The notes under the pieces: generated by a model | The model's database searches: none | Told to the model about the DNA's origin: nothing | What the model saw: the letters and a program-made list of their open reading frames with translations, nothing else | Part shown: in pieces, positions 51,289 to 61,265 of the stretch | Layout: every line of letters starts with the position of its first letter | Numbering within the stretch: the stretch's first letter is position 1 | DNA from: Candidatus Multivoradales bacterium | GTDB lineage: Bacteria > Acidobacteriota > Thermoanaerobaculia > Multivoradales > JAHEKO01 | Assembly: GCA_965223155.1 (NCBI GenBank) | Contig: CBDCVR010000015.1 | Location: 1,088,001-1,152,000 of the forward strand | Direction: 5' to 3' | DNA: 64,000 nucleotides | Translations under genes and position numbers: made by a program

Positions 51289-52539
51289 ATGTCGAAGATC
51301 GATCAAGCGAACCTAGAAGCCGTGTCCCGAATGATCGAGGCGCGTCCGGTGCTCCGCGGCGTGGAGCGGGCGGCGGACGTCCTCCCGGCGCTCTCCGAGC
51401 GGACGTTGCTCCATGCCGGGCCGCCGATCGAGTGGACCCGGATGTCGGGGCCGCTCCGTGGGGCGGTCGTGGGCGCGCTTCTCTTCGAACGCTGGGCGGC
51501 TGATGAGATCTCGGCCGAGCGCATGGCCGCGGCCGGCGAGATTGCCTTCGCGCCCTGCCACCATCACGGCGCCGTGGGGCCGATGGCGGGAGTGACCTCG
51601 CCCTCCATGGCTGTGTACGTGGTCGAGAACGAGACCCACGGCAATGTCGCCTACTCGAATTTGAACGAAGGCTACGGCAAGGTGCTCCGCTACGGAGCCT
51701 TCGCTCCCGAGGTCCTCGACAAGCTGCGCTGGATGAACGAGACCATGGCCCCCGCGCTAGCCGAGGCCCTGCGTGCGGCGGGCGGGATCGACCTGCGCAC
51801 CCTCCTGGCCGAGGCGCTGCACATGGGCGATGAGGGTCACAACCGCAACAAAGCGGGCTCGCTGCTTTTTGCGCGCCTGTTGGCGCCCCATGTGGCCGAG
51901 AGCTCGTCTCCGGGCGAAACCAGGCGCCGGATCCTGGAGTTTCTAGGCGAGAACGCCCTGTCGGTCCTGAACCCGGTGATGGCGGCGTGCAAGGCCGCGG
52001 CCGACGCCGCCCAAGGCGTCGAGCATTCGACCCTGGTTACGACGATGGCACGCAATGGCACCGACTTCGGCATCCGGGTGGCGGGCCTGGGCGAGCGCTG
52101 GTTCACGGCGCCGGCGGCGACTCCGGACGGACTCTATTTTTCGGGCTTCAGCGCGGCCGATGCCAACCCCGACATCGGGGACTCCACCATCACGGAGACC
52201 GCCGGCCTGGGCGCATTTGCCATGGCCGCGGCGCCGGCGATCGTGTCGTTCGTATCGGGCAAGCCCAAAGACGCTCTCGAGGCGACGCTCGAGATGTACG
52301 AGATCTGCTCGGCCGAGCACCGGCACTTCACGATACCGGCCCTCGACTTCCGCGGCACTCCGGTGGGGATCGATCTGCGCCGGGTGGTCGAGCTGGGGAT
52401 CACGCCGCGGGTCAACACCGGCATCGCCCACAAGGATGCCGGCGTGGGCCAGGTCGGAGCCGGCCTGGTGCGTCCGCCGCTTGCCATCTTCGAAGAGGCG
52501 CTCACCGCGTTCGCCGAGGTCTACGGCTACGACGGCTAG
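51289..52539 (+). CDS. DUF1116 (YlbE/YahG) family protein
   Basis: LHAGPP, PCHHH.AVGPMAG, NEG.GKVLR, MGDEGHNRN, DIGDS.ITET.G, NTGIAH. Confidence 0.9.
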   Translation: MSKIDQANLEAVSRMIEARPVLRGVERAADVLPALSERTLLHAGPPIEWTRMSGPLRGAVVGALLFERWAADEISAERMAAAGEIAFAPCHHHGAVGPMAGVTSPSMAVYVVENETHGNVAYSNLNEGYGKVLRYGAFAPEVLDKLRWMNETMAPALAEALRAAGGIDLRTLLAEALHMGDEGHNRNKAGSLLFARLLAPHVAESSSPGETRRRILEFLGENALSVLNPVMAACKAAADAAQGVEHSTLVTTMARNGTDFGIRVAGLGERWFTAPAATPDGLYFSGFSAADANPDIGDSTITETAGLGAFAMAAAPAIVSFVSGKPKDALEATLEMYEICSAEHRHFTIPALDFRGTPVGIDLRRVVELGITPRVNTGIAHKDAGVGQVGAGLVRPPLAIFEEALTAFAEVYGYDG

Positions 52540-52549
52540 CGGACTCGTT

Positions 52550-52578
52550 GGTAGTGGGTCAGTTTGAGACCCACTACC
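52550..52578. repeat. Perfect 11-7-11 inverted repeat GGTAGTGGGTC-AGTTTGA-GACCCACTACC (left junction site)
   Basis: 52550-52560 is the exact reverse complement of 52568-52578. Confidence 0.9.
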
Positions 52579-52579
52579 T

Positions 52580-52623
52580 TTGACAAACTCATCTTGATTT
52601 CGGTTTGCTTCTTTCAAGATGAG
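52580..52623 (+). promoter_or_regulatory. hicAB promoter region: TTGACA plus a 10-bp inverted repeat (putative operator) overlapping the hicA start
   Basis: TTGACA 52580-52585; CTCATCTTGA 52588-52597 / TCAAGATGAG 52614-52623; -10 not clear. Confidence 0.6.
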
Positions 52624-52870
52624 CAGACGGAAAAAGACACTGGACAAGGTTCTCAACGCCGCACAGGAAAACTCGATTCGCTTCTCGGACCTCCGCTCGC
52701 TTCTCGAAGCCCTGGGCTTCACTGAGACCATCAAGGGAAGCCACCACGTCTTTCGCAAGCCCGGAGTCGCGGCAAAGATCAACCTTCAGCCTCAGAGCGG
52801 CAAGGCGAAGGGCTACCAAGTGCGGCAAGTCCGCAAAGCCATCATCGACTACAATTTGGACAAGGAGTAG
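52619..52870 (+). CDS. hicA: HicA-family toxin (mRNA interferase)
   Basis: IRFSDL..LL..LGF....KGSHHVF, INLQP..GKAKGYQV.Q. Confidence 0.88.
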   Translation: MSRRKKTLDKVLNAAQENSIRFSDLRSLLEALGFTETIKGSHHVFRKPGVAAKINLQPQSGKAKGYQVRQVRKAIIDYNLDKE

Positions 52871-52875
52871 ACGTC

Positions 52876-53106
52876 ATGCCCGCACCTCAATACCCGGTCC
52901 TCCTCTATTGGGACCAAGCCGACCAAGTGTTCGTCGTCGAAGTTCCGGACCTCCCCGGGTGTGCTGCCCATGGCGCGACCGAGGAAGATGCCCTCGAGCA
53001 GGCTGCTGGCGCCATGGCGGCCTGGATCGCAGTCGCACAAGAGAGCGGGGACTCGATCCCCGAGCCTTCGTTTCGCCGACTCCTCAAACTCTCCCCGGCC
53101 GCGTGA
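52876..53106 (+). CDS. hicB: HicB-family antitoxin, short form without DNA-binding domain
   Basis: AAGGAG RBS; Y...LYW...D.VFVVEVPDLPGC.AHG.T.E.AL...W...A...G..IPEP. Confidence 0.9.
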   Translation: MPAPQYPVLLYWDQADQVFVVEVPDLPGCAAHGATEEDALEQAAGAMAAWIAVAQESGDSIPEPSFRRLLKLSPAA

Positions 53107-53292
53107 CCACTCACGGCGGCCGCCGGAAGGGGGCTGGCCGCAAGCCCGAGCTCGAAGAGCCCCAGGGTCGTTGTCGTGAAATTCCCCAAGAGCCTGATTG
53201 CCAGGCTGGACGTTTGGGCTGAGGACCATGCGGGCGGGAACCGCTCGGCGGCGATTCGGGAAGCCGTCAGGCGAGTCGTGGGCTCGCGCTAG
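53103..53292 (+). pseudogene. Frameshifted ribbon-helix-helix (CopG-like) regulator
   Basis: GTG overlapping hicB stop gives MTTHGGRRKGAGRKPELEEP; removing one C from the C run at 53160-53163 continues RVVVVKFPKSLIARLDVWAEDHAGGNRSAAIREAVRRVVGSR*. Confidence 0.65.
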
Positions 53293-53443
53293 CGGCTGCC
53301 ATCACCAGCCGGCGCTCCTCTCGCGTCAGGCCGTGCCAGACGTCGAGGCACTCAGGACCAAGCGGGCGCTTCGCGCCCTCGAAGACGATCGGGACCAGGG
53401 TCGGGGTGGCGCAGGCAGCGCAGGGCCGGCTCTCGCCCCCCAT
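53267..53443 (-). CDS. Small 58-aa CxxC ORF (zinc-finger-like remnant)
   Basis: MGGESRPCAACATPTLVPIVFEGAKRPLGPECLDVWHGLTREERRLVMAAA...; starts 9 bp inside the cassette right end. Confidence 0.35.
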   Translation of the reverse strand: MGGESRPCAACATPTLVPIVFEGAKRPLGPECLDVWHGLTREERRLVMAAASASPRLA

Positions 53444-53452
53444 CAGCCACCC

Positions 53453-53470
53453 GGTAGTGGATCAGTTTGA
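53453..53470. repeat. Right junction site GGTAGTGGATC-AGTTTGA (17/18 direct repeat of 52550-52567)
   Basis: Direct comparison with the left site. Confidence 0.9.
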
Positions 53471-53758
53471 ATTCGACAATGCGCCCGGCGGGTTCGTAGA
53501 CTAGTCTCGGCTCAGGACCCAAGCGGCCCCGGACGAGCACGGCAGCTCGGCCAGGGCCTAGACCACGCTGGAGGTGAGTCCATGCGCAGTCCTAGCCGAC
53601 TCGTTGACCGCCTTGACCCGGACCGGATTCGGGTCTAGCCTCGGAACATTGTTGCGAAAAGGATGCTCGTCGGAGCATTCAGCGAGTTTGGCCGCGAGAC
53701 GGTCTCGCGAGCGAGACTCGCTCCGGCGGTCGTCGCGAGCCCCAGAGGAGGAGTGGCT

Positions 53759-54340
53759 ATGAAGAAATGGACGATTCTTGTCGTGTCCGTCGCGCTTGTC
53801 GGACTTGCCTACCAGCCGGCCGCAGCGGCGACCGTCGAGATCAAGGAAGCCAGCAACGCGCACTTCCGGGACGGCGCTAAGCCGCCCAAGAAGCAGGAAG
53901 TCACTCAGGTCATCGAGCTTGATTCGAGCCACGACTGGGAGCTGTGTGTCTTCGGCAACAACAGCCAGGGCAAGAAGAGCAAGTTCAACGTCACGTTGAC
54001 GGCCTATGGAGCCCTGGCCAACGGCCCGATCGCGCCGCAAGGGATGATCGGAGAGGTGAAGGGCGTCGTCAAGCTCGAGAAGGACGGCGGCACTGCGTTC
54101 GGGCTGGCCTGTGCCACGCTGAGCGTGGCCAACTCGCTCGACTATGCGATCGCCAAGATCCAGATCCTGGCCAAGACCAGCCGGAACATCAAGAACGGCG
54201 AAGTGGCGACCTGGGGTCTTCTCTCCTTGCCGGCGGCGACGGCACAGTCGATCGGCGGCACGGACCGAAGCAGCCTGCGCTGGACGGATCGGTCGCGTCT
54301 GGGCCGGGATCAGCTCCGCGCGGCCGTTCTGGATGAATAG
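53759..54340 (+). CDS. Secreted hypothetical protein
   Basis: GGAGGAG RBS, MKKWTIL signal peptide, beta-rich body with two Cys. Confidence 0.7.
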   Translation: MKKWTILVVSVALVGLAYQPAAAATVEIKEASNAHFRDGAKPPKKQEVTQVIELDSSHDWELCVFGNNSQGKKSKFNVTLTAYGALANGPIAPQGMIGEVKGVVKLEKDGGTAFGLACATLSVANSLDYAIAKIQILAKTSRNIKNGEVATWGLLSLPAATAQSIGGTDRSSLRWTDRSRLGRDQLRAAVLDE

Positions 54341-54608
54341 CTCGAGCTAAGGGCGCGACGCGACCCCGGTTTCGACCGGGGGGAGTGCCGGTCGCGGGGC
54401 CGACCCTTGGGTTCGGCCCAAGGTGGGAGACCCGGCCGGATGCCGGACTGGCCTCTTGACCTGGCGAAGGCGAAGCCTACCTAGGCCGGCGGATTCGCGT
54501 CCGGTCCGGATTACGGGGCGATCCGGATTCTGCATGCGGCCGGTATGATCGGCTCTTCACCCCCCGGCGCCCGCCTTCGGTGGCGGATGCCGTCCCTTGG
54601 GAGAGACC

Positions 54609-56291
54609 ATGCCGGATTCCCTTAGCCTCCTTTCGTCCGCCCGTTGGTACGACCTGACCCAGCCGCTGTCGATCTTCACGCCGCCGGTGCCGGGGGAGAT
54701 GCCGCTGCAGGTTCACTTCTTCAAGCGGCTGACCGGATCCTGGGGTGGCGGCCAGGGCGCCAACGGCCAGTTGATCGAATGGTCCAACAACACGGGCACC
54801 CATCTGGTCGGCCCGCGAGCTTTCCACTCCGGGGCCGAGGCGATCGCGGATCTGCCCCTCGAGCGACTGTGCGGCCCCGGCGTGGTCGTGGACGTGTCGG
54901 ACGCGGTCGAGGACTACGGCTTCTATACGCCCGAGATGATCGAGGACCGGGCCGAGGTTCGGGAAGGCGACGTTCTCGTCATCCACACGGGCTATCACCG
55001 CTACGCCTACGATCAGCCCGACGTCGAGAATCCGGATGCCCAGGGCGGCATCGAGAACAAGGAGTTCGGCTACTACGTTCGCCACCCCGGACCCTCGCCC
55101 GACTTCTTCCCATGGGCGCTCGACAAGAAGCTCAAGGTGGTCGGCGTCGACTGCGGCTCGGCCGAGCATCCGATGAACACGAACGTGCGCCGTTTGCACG
55201 CGGCCGAGTTCGCCAAGGCCGAGACGCGCGCTCGCGAGACCACCGGCAAGAGCTGGGACGAGCTCTTTCCGCCGGCCGAGTACTACGCCCTGACCCACCG
55301 CACGATGCCCAAGGCCGGGCTCTGCCTGGCAGAGGCTCTGGGCGGCGACCTCGGCCGGTTGCTAGGCGGCCGGCCGGCGCAGCGCGCCTGGTTCTTTGTT
55401 CCGCCGTTGCCCTTCATGGAGGTCGAATCGGCCTGGAGCCGGGTGGCCGCTCTGCGTCCCCCCGAGGGCATGGACGAAGACGAGTTCTTCGAAACCATGG
55501 CCTCGATCGAGATGCTCGACATGACCCTGCCGTTCAGCGTGCAAACGCCGCAGTGGGCCAACTACGAGCCGCTCTCGATCAAGTACACCAAGCGCGTCGG
55601 CGGCCAGGACCTGGGATTGGGCCGCAACAACGCCCACTGCCGGGCCAGCTTCCACCTCGCCACCCACATGGACGGCGAGAAGCACTTCTGGGCCGGCGGC
55701 CGGACCATCGGCGAAGTGCCGTTCGAGTACTGGCACGGCCCGGGAGTGATCGTGGACATCTCGGACGAGGTCAGCGACTCGAGTGTCTACACACCGGCCA
55801 TGATCGAAGACCGGGTCGAGCTGGAGGACGGCGACATCCTGCTACTCAAGACCGGCTGGAGCCGCTTCGGCTGGGCCAGCCCGGATTCGGACGAGTTCCG
55901 CTACATGATCCAGCACCCGGGTCCGTCTCCGGACTTCGCTGACTGGTGCGTCGAGCGCAAGATCAAGTGGCTGGGCATCGACTGCGTGGCGATGGAGCAC
56001 CCGATGAACACCATCCAGAGGTTGTTTCATCCCGGGCAGTTCGCGGTGGCGAACGAAAAGCTCAAGGCGCAGTACGGCAAGGACTGGGACGAGGTCTATC
56101 CGCAAGAGACGTACTACCAGGACATGCATCTCAACCTCTTTCCCAAGGGCATCGTCCACGCCGAGAACCTGGGCGGCGCCATCGCCGACGCGCCCACGGG
56201 CCGCTACTACGTCGCGGCCTTCATCCAGCGGGGCATGGAGCTGGCGTCGTGCTGGGGCCGCTTCGTGGCTTTCCGGGGCGAAGACGCCTAG
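54609..56291 (+). CDS. Tandem-duplicated cyclase (kynurenine formamidase-like) family protein
   Basis: Two homologous halves (DLT/DMT..P.S..TP; H.TG/KTG; HPGPSPDF; EHPMNT); C-half HLATHMDGEKH. Confidence 0.85.
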   Translation: MPDSLSLLSSARWYDLTQPLSIFTPPVPGEMPLQVHFFKRLTGSWGGGQGANGQLIEWSNNTGTHLVGPRAFHSGAEAIADLPLERLCGPGVVVDVSDAVEDYGFYTPEMIEDRAEVREGDVLVIHTGYHRYAYDQPDVENPDAQGGIENKEFGYYVRHPGPSPDFFPWALDKKLKVVGVDCGSAEHPMNTNVRRLHAAEFAKAETRARETTGKSWDELFPPAEYYALTHRTMPKAGLCLAEALGGDLGRLLGGRPAQRAWFFVPPLPFMEVESAWSRVAALRPPEGMDEDEFFETMASIEMLDMTLPFSVQTPQWANYEPLSIKYTKRVGGQDLGLGRNNAHCRASFHLATHMDGEKHFWAGGRTIGEVPFEYWHGPGVIVDISDEVSDSSVYTPAMIEDRVELEDGDILLLKTGWSRFGWASPDSDEFRYMIQHPGPSPDFADWCVERKIKWLGIDCVAMEHPMNTIQRLFHPGQFAVANEKLKAQYGKDWDEVYPQETYYQDMHLNLFPKGIVHAENLGGAIADAPTGRYYVAAFIQRGMELASCWGRFVAFRGEDA

Positions 56292-56420
56292 CGGCTAGCA
56301 AAACCGTTCCTCGCTAGCGCCGAAGAATCGGCCCCCCTGGGCGTCGGGCAGGCGATCCCTCAGGGGTCGGCTCGGGCAAGGACGTTTTCTGCGGCACGGG
56401 CCCTCGCCTGCGCTTCGCTC

Positions 56421-56435
56421 GCGCGACGAGCCCGT
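56421..56435 (-). repeat. Second copy of the 15-bp REP-like sequence, within hairpin CACGGGC...GCCCGTG
   Basis: Reverse complement of 23411-23425. Confidence 0.5.
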
Positions 56436-56505
56436 GGTCTGCGGTCGGTGGTCTGGGCGCTCGCTCAGAGCCCCCTTCGGGATCGCGCCGGGTGCCGCGC
56501 GCTCC

Positions 56506-56889
56506 CTACGGCAGCTCTTCTTCCGGCAATCCGAAATAGTGCCCGAGCTCGTGGATGACGGTGTCACGAATCTCGCGCAGGAGCTCCCGGCGGGAAGCGC
56601 AGGCCCAGAGCAGGGGCAGCCGGTAGACGACAATTCGGTCCGGCAGGTCCGGGCCGTAGCTCGAAGGGCCGCGTTCAGGCAGGGGCACACCCTGGTAGAG
56701 ACCGAAGAGATCGTCTTCTTCGGGGTCGAGCCCGACCGCGATCAAGTCCTCGGTCGTGGGTTCGTCCTCGACCGTGACCGCGACGTTCTCGATGGCTTCT
56801 GCCAGCTCGCCGGGAAGCGAGTCGAGGGCTTCGACCACCACCGCTTCGAAGTCCTCGGCGCTCATCCGCAAGGTGCGCGACCGTTGCAT
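56506..56889 (-). CDS. Zincin-like minimal metallopeptidase (DUF1025/Zincin_1)
   Basis: FE..V.EAL..LP, LFGLYQG, PDRI.VYR, TVIHELGHYFG. Confidence 0.88.
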   Translation of the reverse strand: MQRSRTLRMSAEDFEAVVVEALDSLPGELAEAIENVAVTVEDEPTTEDLIAVGLDPEEDDLFGLYQGVPLPERGPSSYGPDLPDRIVVYRLPLLWACASRRELLREIRDTVIHELGHYFGLPEEELP

Positions 56890-57009
56890 CGGTGACACGA
56901 TACGTTATGTTGGCGAGGGGCGGGAGAGGCGTGGTTTTTGACGACAGTTCGTCGCGGCTGGCGGGAACCCCACCGAAGAGCGGCGCTTGCACCGAAAAGG
57001 AGAGTTGCG

Positions 57010-58716
<1,707 letters not shown>

Positions 58717-58901
58717 CGGGCGAGAACGCGCGGCGAATCGCCCCGCCCGCGCTCCTCACTGGATTCTGGCCGCAGGCTGCTGAGGCTGGCGGAGGGAACC
58801 GGTATCATCATTGGGAATCAGCGAGCCGGCCGGTTCGGGTCTTGGTCGAGCCTGGGTCCGGTCCGGTCCGAGTCCGATTTCCCGACGAGCGATCCAAGAA
58901 C

Positions 58902-61265
58902 ATGAGTCCCAAGGTCTTCGGAGAACGCGTCACTCGGAACGAGGATCGCCGCCTGTTGACCGGCAAGGCGCTCTTCGTGGATGACGTGGCCTTGCCGGAG
59001 ATGCTGCACGTGGCGTTCGTGCGCAGTCCCTTCGCCCATGCGCGCCTGCGCTCGATCGACGTCTCGGCCGCGCTCGATCGTCCCGGGGTGGTGGCGGTCT
59101 ATGACGCTTCGGACCTCGGCGACTACTGGCGTCCGGGACCGCTTCTGGTGCCGCCGCCGCCGATCGAGGGAGTGGTTTTTCACGAGCGCACCCAGGTTCC
59201 GCTGGCCAAGGACAAGGTTCGCTACGTGGGCGAGCCGGTGGTCATGATCGTGGCCGAGAGCCGGTATCTGGCCGAGGACGCCGCCGCCGAGATCTTTGTC
59301 GACTACGATCCCCTGCCGGCGGTCGTGGACCTCGAGGGCGCTCTGGCACCCGAGGCGACCCTGGTTCACGACGACCTGGAATCGAATGCCGCCGCGCACG
59401 TCGCTCAGCACAAGGGGGACTACGAGGCGGCGAGAGCCGAGGCCGACGTTGTCGTGCGCCGGAGGCTCACCTACGACCGAGGCACCGCGGCGGCGATGGA
59501 GAACCGCGGCGTGGTGGCCGAGTGGGACGACCGGACCCAGCGCATGACGGTGTGGGATACGACCCAGGCGCCGATTCCGATTCGCAACGGCCTGGCTTCG
59601 ATGCTGGGTCTGTCCGAGGGGCAGGTGCGGGTAATCGCGCCCTTTATCGGCGGCGGCTTCGGGCCCAAGATCATGATGTTCTACCCCGAGGAAGTCCTGG
59701 TGCCGTGGGCGGCGCGCGCCCTGGGCCGCCCGGTCAAGTGGATCGAGGACCGGGAGGAGAACTTCGTCGCCACGACCCAGGAGCGCGGCCAGGTTCATGA
59801 CGCCGAGCTGGCCGTCACCCGGGACGGCCGCATCCTGGGCGTGAAAGACGTCTTCTTGCACGACACCGGCGCCTACGATCCGTACGGGCTGACGGTGCCG
59901 ATCAACAGTCAGTGCACGCTCCTGGGCTGCTACCGGGTGCCCAACTACGCAAGCGAGTTCACGGTCGTCTTCACCAACAAGCCGATCGTGAGCCCTTACC
60001 GCGGCGCGGGCCGCCAGCACGGCGTCTTCGTCATGGAACGCCTTTTGGACGCGGCCGCCGCCGAGCTCGGCCTCGACCGGGCCGAGATCCGGCGGCGCAA
60101 CTTCCTGGGCCCCGAAGACTTCCCGCACGATCACGAGATCATCTATCAAGACTTCGCGCCCCTGGTCTACGACAGCGGCGACTACGAGCCGTTGCTGGAC
60201 CGAGCTCTCGAACGCATCGGGTACGAGTCGTTCCTGCGCGACGAGCAGCCGGCGGCGCGCGCCGCCGGCCGGCATCTGGGCATCGGTGTCGTGACCTACG
60301 TCGAGGGCACCGGCATCGGGCCCTACGAGGGCGCCCGGGTCCAGGTCCAGGCCTCGGGCAAGGTCTCGGTCGTGACCGGTGTGGGTACCCAGGGCCAGGG
60401 CCACATGACCTCTTTCGCCCAAGTCGCCGCCGAGCAGCTCGGAGTCGCCGTGGCCGACGTCGAGGTGGTGACCGGAGACACCGACCTCTTCCACTGGGGG
60501 GCCGGCACCTTCGCCTCCCGGGGCGCGGTGGTGGCCGGCAATGCCATCCATGCCGCCGCCGCCAAGGTGCGGGCCAAGATCCTGGAGCTCGCCGCGAGCG
60601 AGCTCGGTGTCGTGATCGACGATCTGGAGCTTGGAGGGGGACGCGTCTGCCTGCGGGAGAATCCGGAGCGCGGCTTCGACCTGGGCGAGCTCGCCCTCCT
60701 CGCCAATCCGATGCGCGGCGCCGTGGCGCCGGGCACCGAGCCGGGGCTCGAGGCCACCGACTACTTCGGCCCCGAGCGTGGCGCGACCGCGGCCGGCGTT
60801 CACGCCATGATTCTGGAGGTCGATCCAGAGACCTTCGAAGTCCGGATCCTCAGGTACGTGGTCGAGCACGACTGTGGCGAGGTGATCAACCCGTTGATCC
60901 TGGACGGGCAGATCCAGGGCGGCGTCGCCCAGGGCATCGGTGACGCCTTCTACGAGCAGCTCGTTTTCAGCGAAGACGGGCAGATCCTGAACGCGTCCTT
61001 CATGGACTACCTGGTGCCGACCTCGCTCGACGTGCCCCGGATCGAGGGCGGGCACCGGACGACCCCTTCGCCGCTTAATCCGTTGGGAGTCAAGGGCGCG
61101 GGCGAGGCTGGCGCCATCCCGGTCGGTCCGCTGTTCGCCCAGGCGCTCGAAGACGCTCTGCCTGGCATCGAAGTTCTCGACATTCCGGTCAGCCCCAACC
61201 GGCTTTGGGAGCTAAGAGCCGAAGCAGACGCCGACGCCAGAGCCGCGGCGCCCGCGGCCTCGTGA
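58902..61265 (+). CDS. Molybdenum hydroxylase large subunit (CoxL form II / xanthine dehydrogenase family)
   Basis: R.ED.RLLTG, GGGFGPK, PYRGAGR, QGQGH.T, TFASR, GQI.GG, KGAGE. Confidence 0.92.
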   Translation: MSPKVFGERVTRNEDRRLLTGKALFVDDVALPEMLHVAFVRSPFAHARLRSIDVSAALDRPGVVAVYDASDLGDYWRPGPLLVPPPPIEGVVFHERTQVPLAKDKVRYVGEPVVMIVAESRYLAEDAAAEIFVDYDPLPAVVDLEGALAPEATLVHDDLESNAAAHVAQHKGDYEAARAEADVVVRRRLTYDRGTAAAMENRGVVAEWDDRTQRMTVWDTTQAPIPIRNGLASMLGLSEGQVRVIAPFIGGGFGPKIMMFYPEEVLVPWAARALGRPVKWIEDREENFVATTQERGQVHDAELAVTRDGRILGVKDVFLHDTGAYDPYGLTVPINSQCTLLGCYRVPNYASEFTVVFTNKPIVSPYRGAGRQHGVFVMERLLDAAAAELGLDRAEIRRRNFLGPEDFPHDHEIIYQDFAPLVYDSGDYEPLLDRALERIGYESFLRDEQPAARAAGRHLGIGVVTYVEGTGIGPYEGARVQVQASGKVSVVTGVGTQGQGHMTSFAQVAAEQLGVAVADVEVVTGDTDLFHWGAGTFASRGAVVAGNAIHAAAAKVRAKILELAASELGVVIDDLELGGGRVCLRENPERGFDLGELALLANPMRGAVAPGTEPGLEATDYFGPERGATAAGVHAMILEVDPETFEVRILRYVVEHDCGEVINPLILDGQIQGGVAQGIGDAFYEQLVFSEDGQILNASFMDYLVPTSLDVPRIEGGHRTTPSPLNPLGVKGAGEAGAIPVGPLFAQALEDALPGIEVLDIPVSPNRLWELRAEADADARAAAPAAS

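Larger units (their letters stand above)
52568..53463. mobile_element. Non-autonomous 896-bp cassette (hicA-hicB-RHH-CxxC ORF) with 11-bp inverted ends and flanking 7-bp AGTTTGA direct repeat
   Basis: Ends GACCCACTACC / GGTAGTGGATC (10/11 match); AGTTTGA at 52561-52567 and 53464-53470; left part visibly more AT-rich than flanks. Confidence 0.75.

Noticed and set aside
52550-52582. Left palindrome read only as an intrinsic terminator of the DUF1116 gene
   Set aside because: It may also terminate, but the arm plus loop recurs 903 bp downstream flanking cargo, which a terminator does not explain.
53352-53540. 62-aa minus-strand ORF containing FKLIHYR
   Set aside because: It crosses the cassette junction; the peptide is just the translated repeat site.
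58902-61265. Aerobic CO dehydrogenase call
   Set aside because: The active-site loop is PYRGAGR, not AYxCSFR, and no coxDEFG accessory genes are present.
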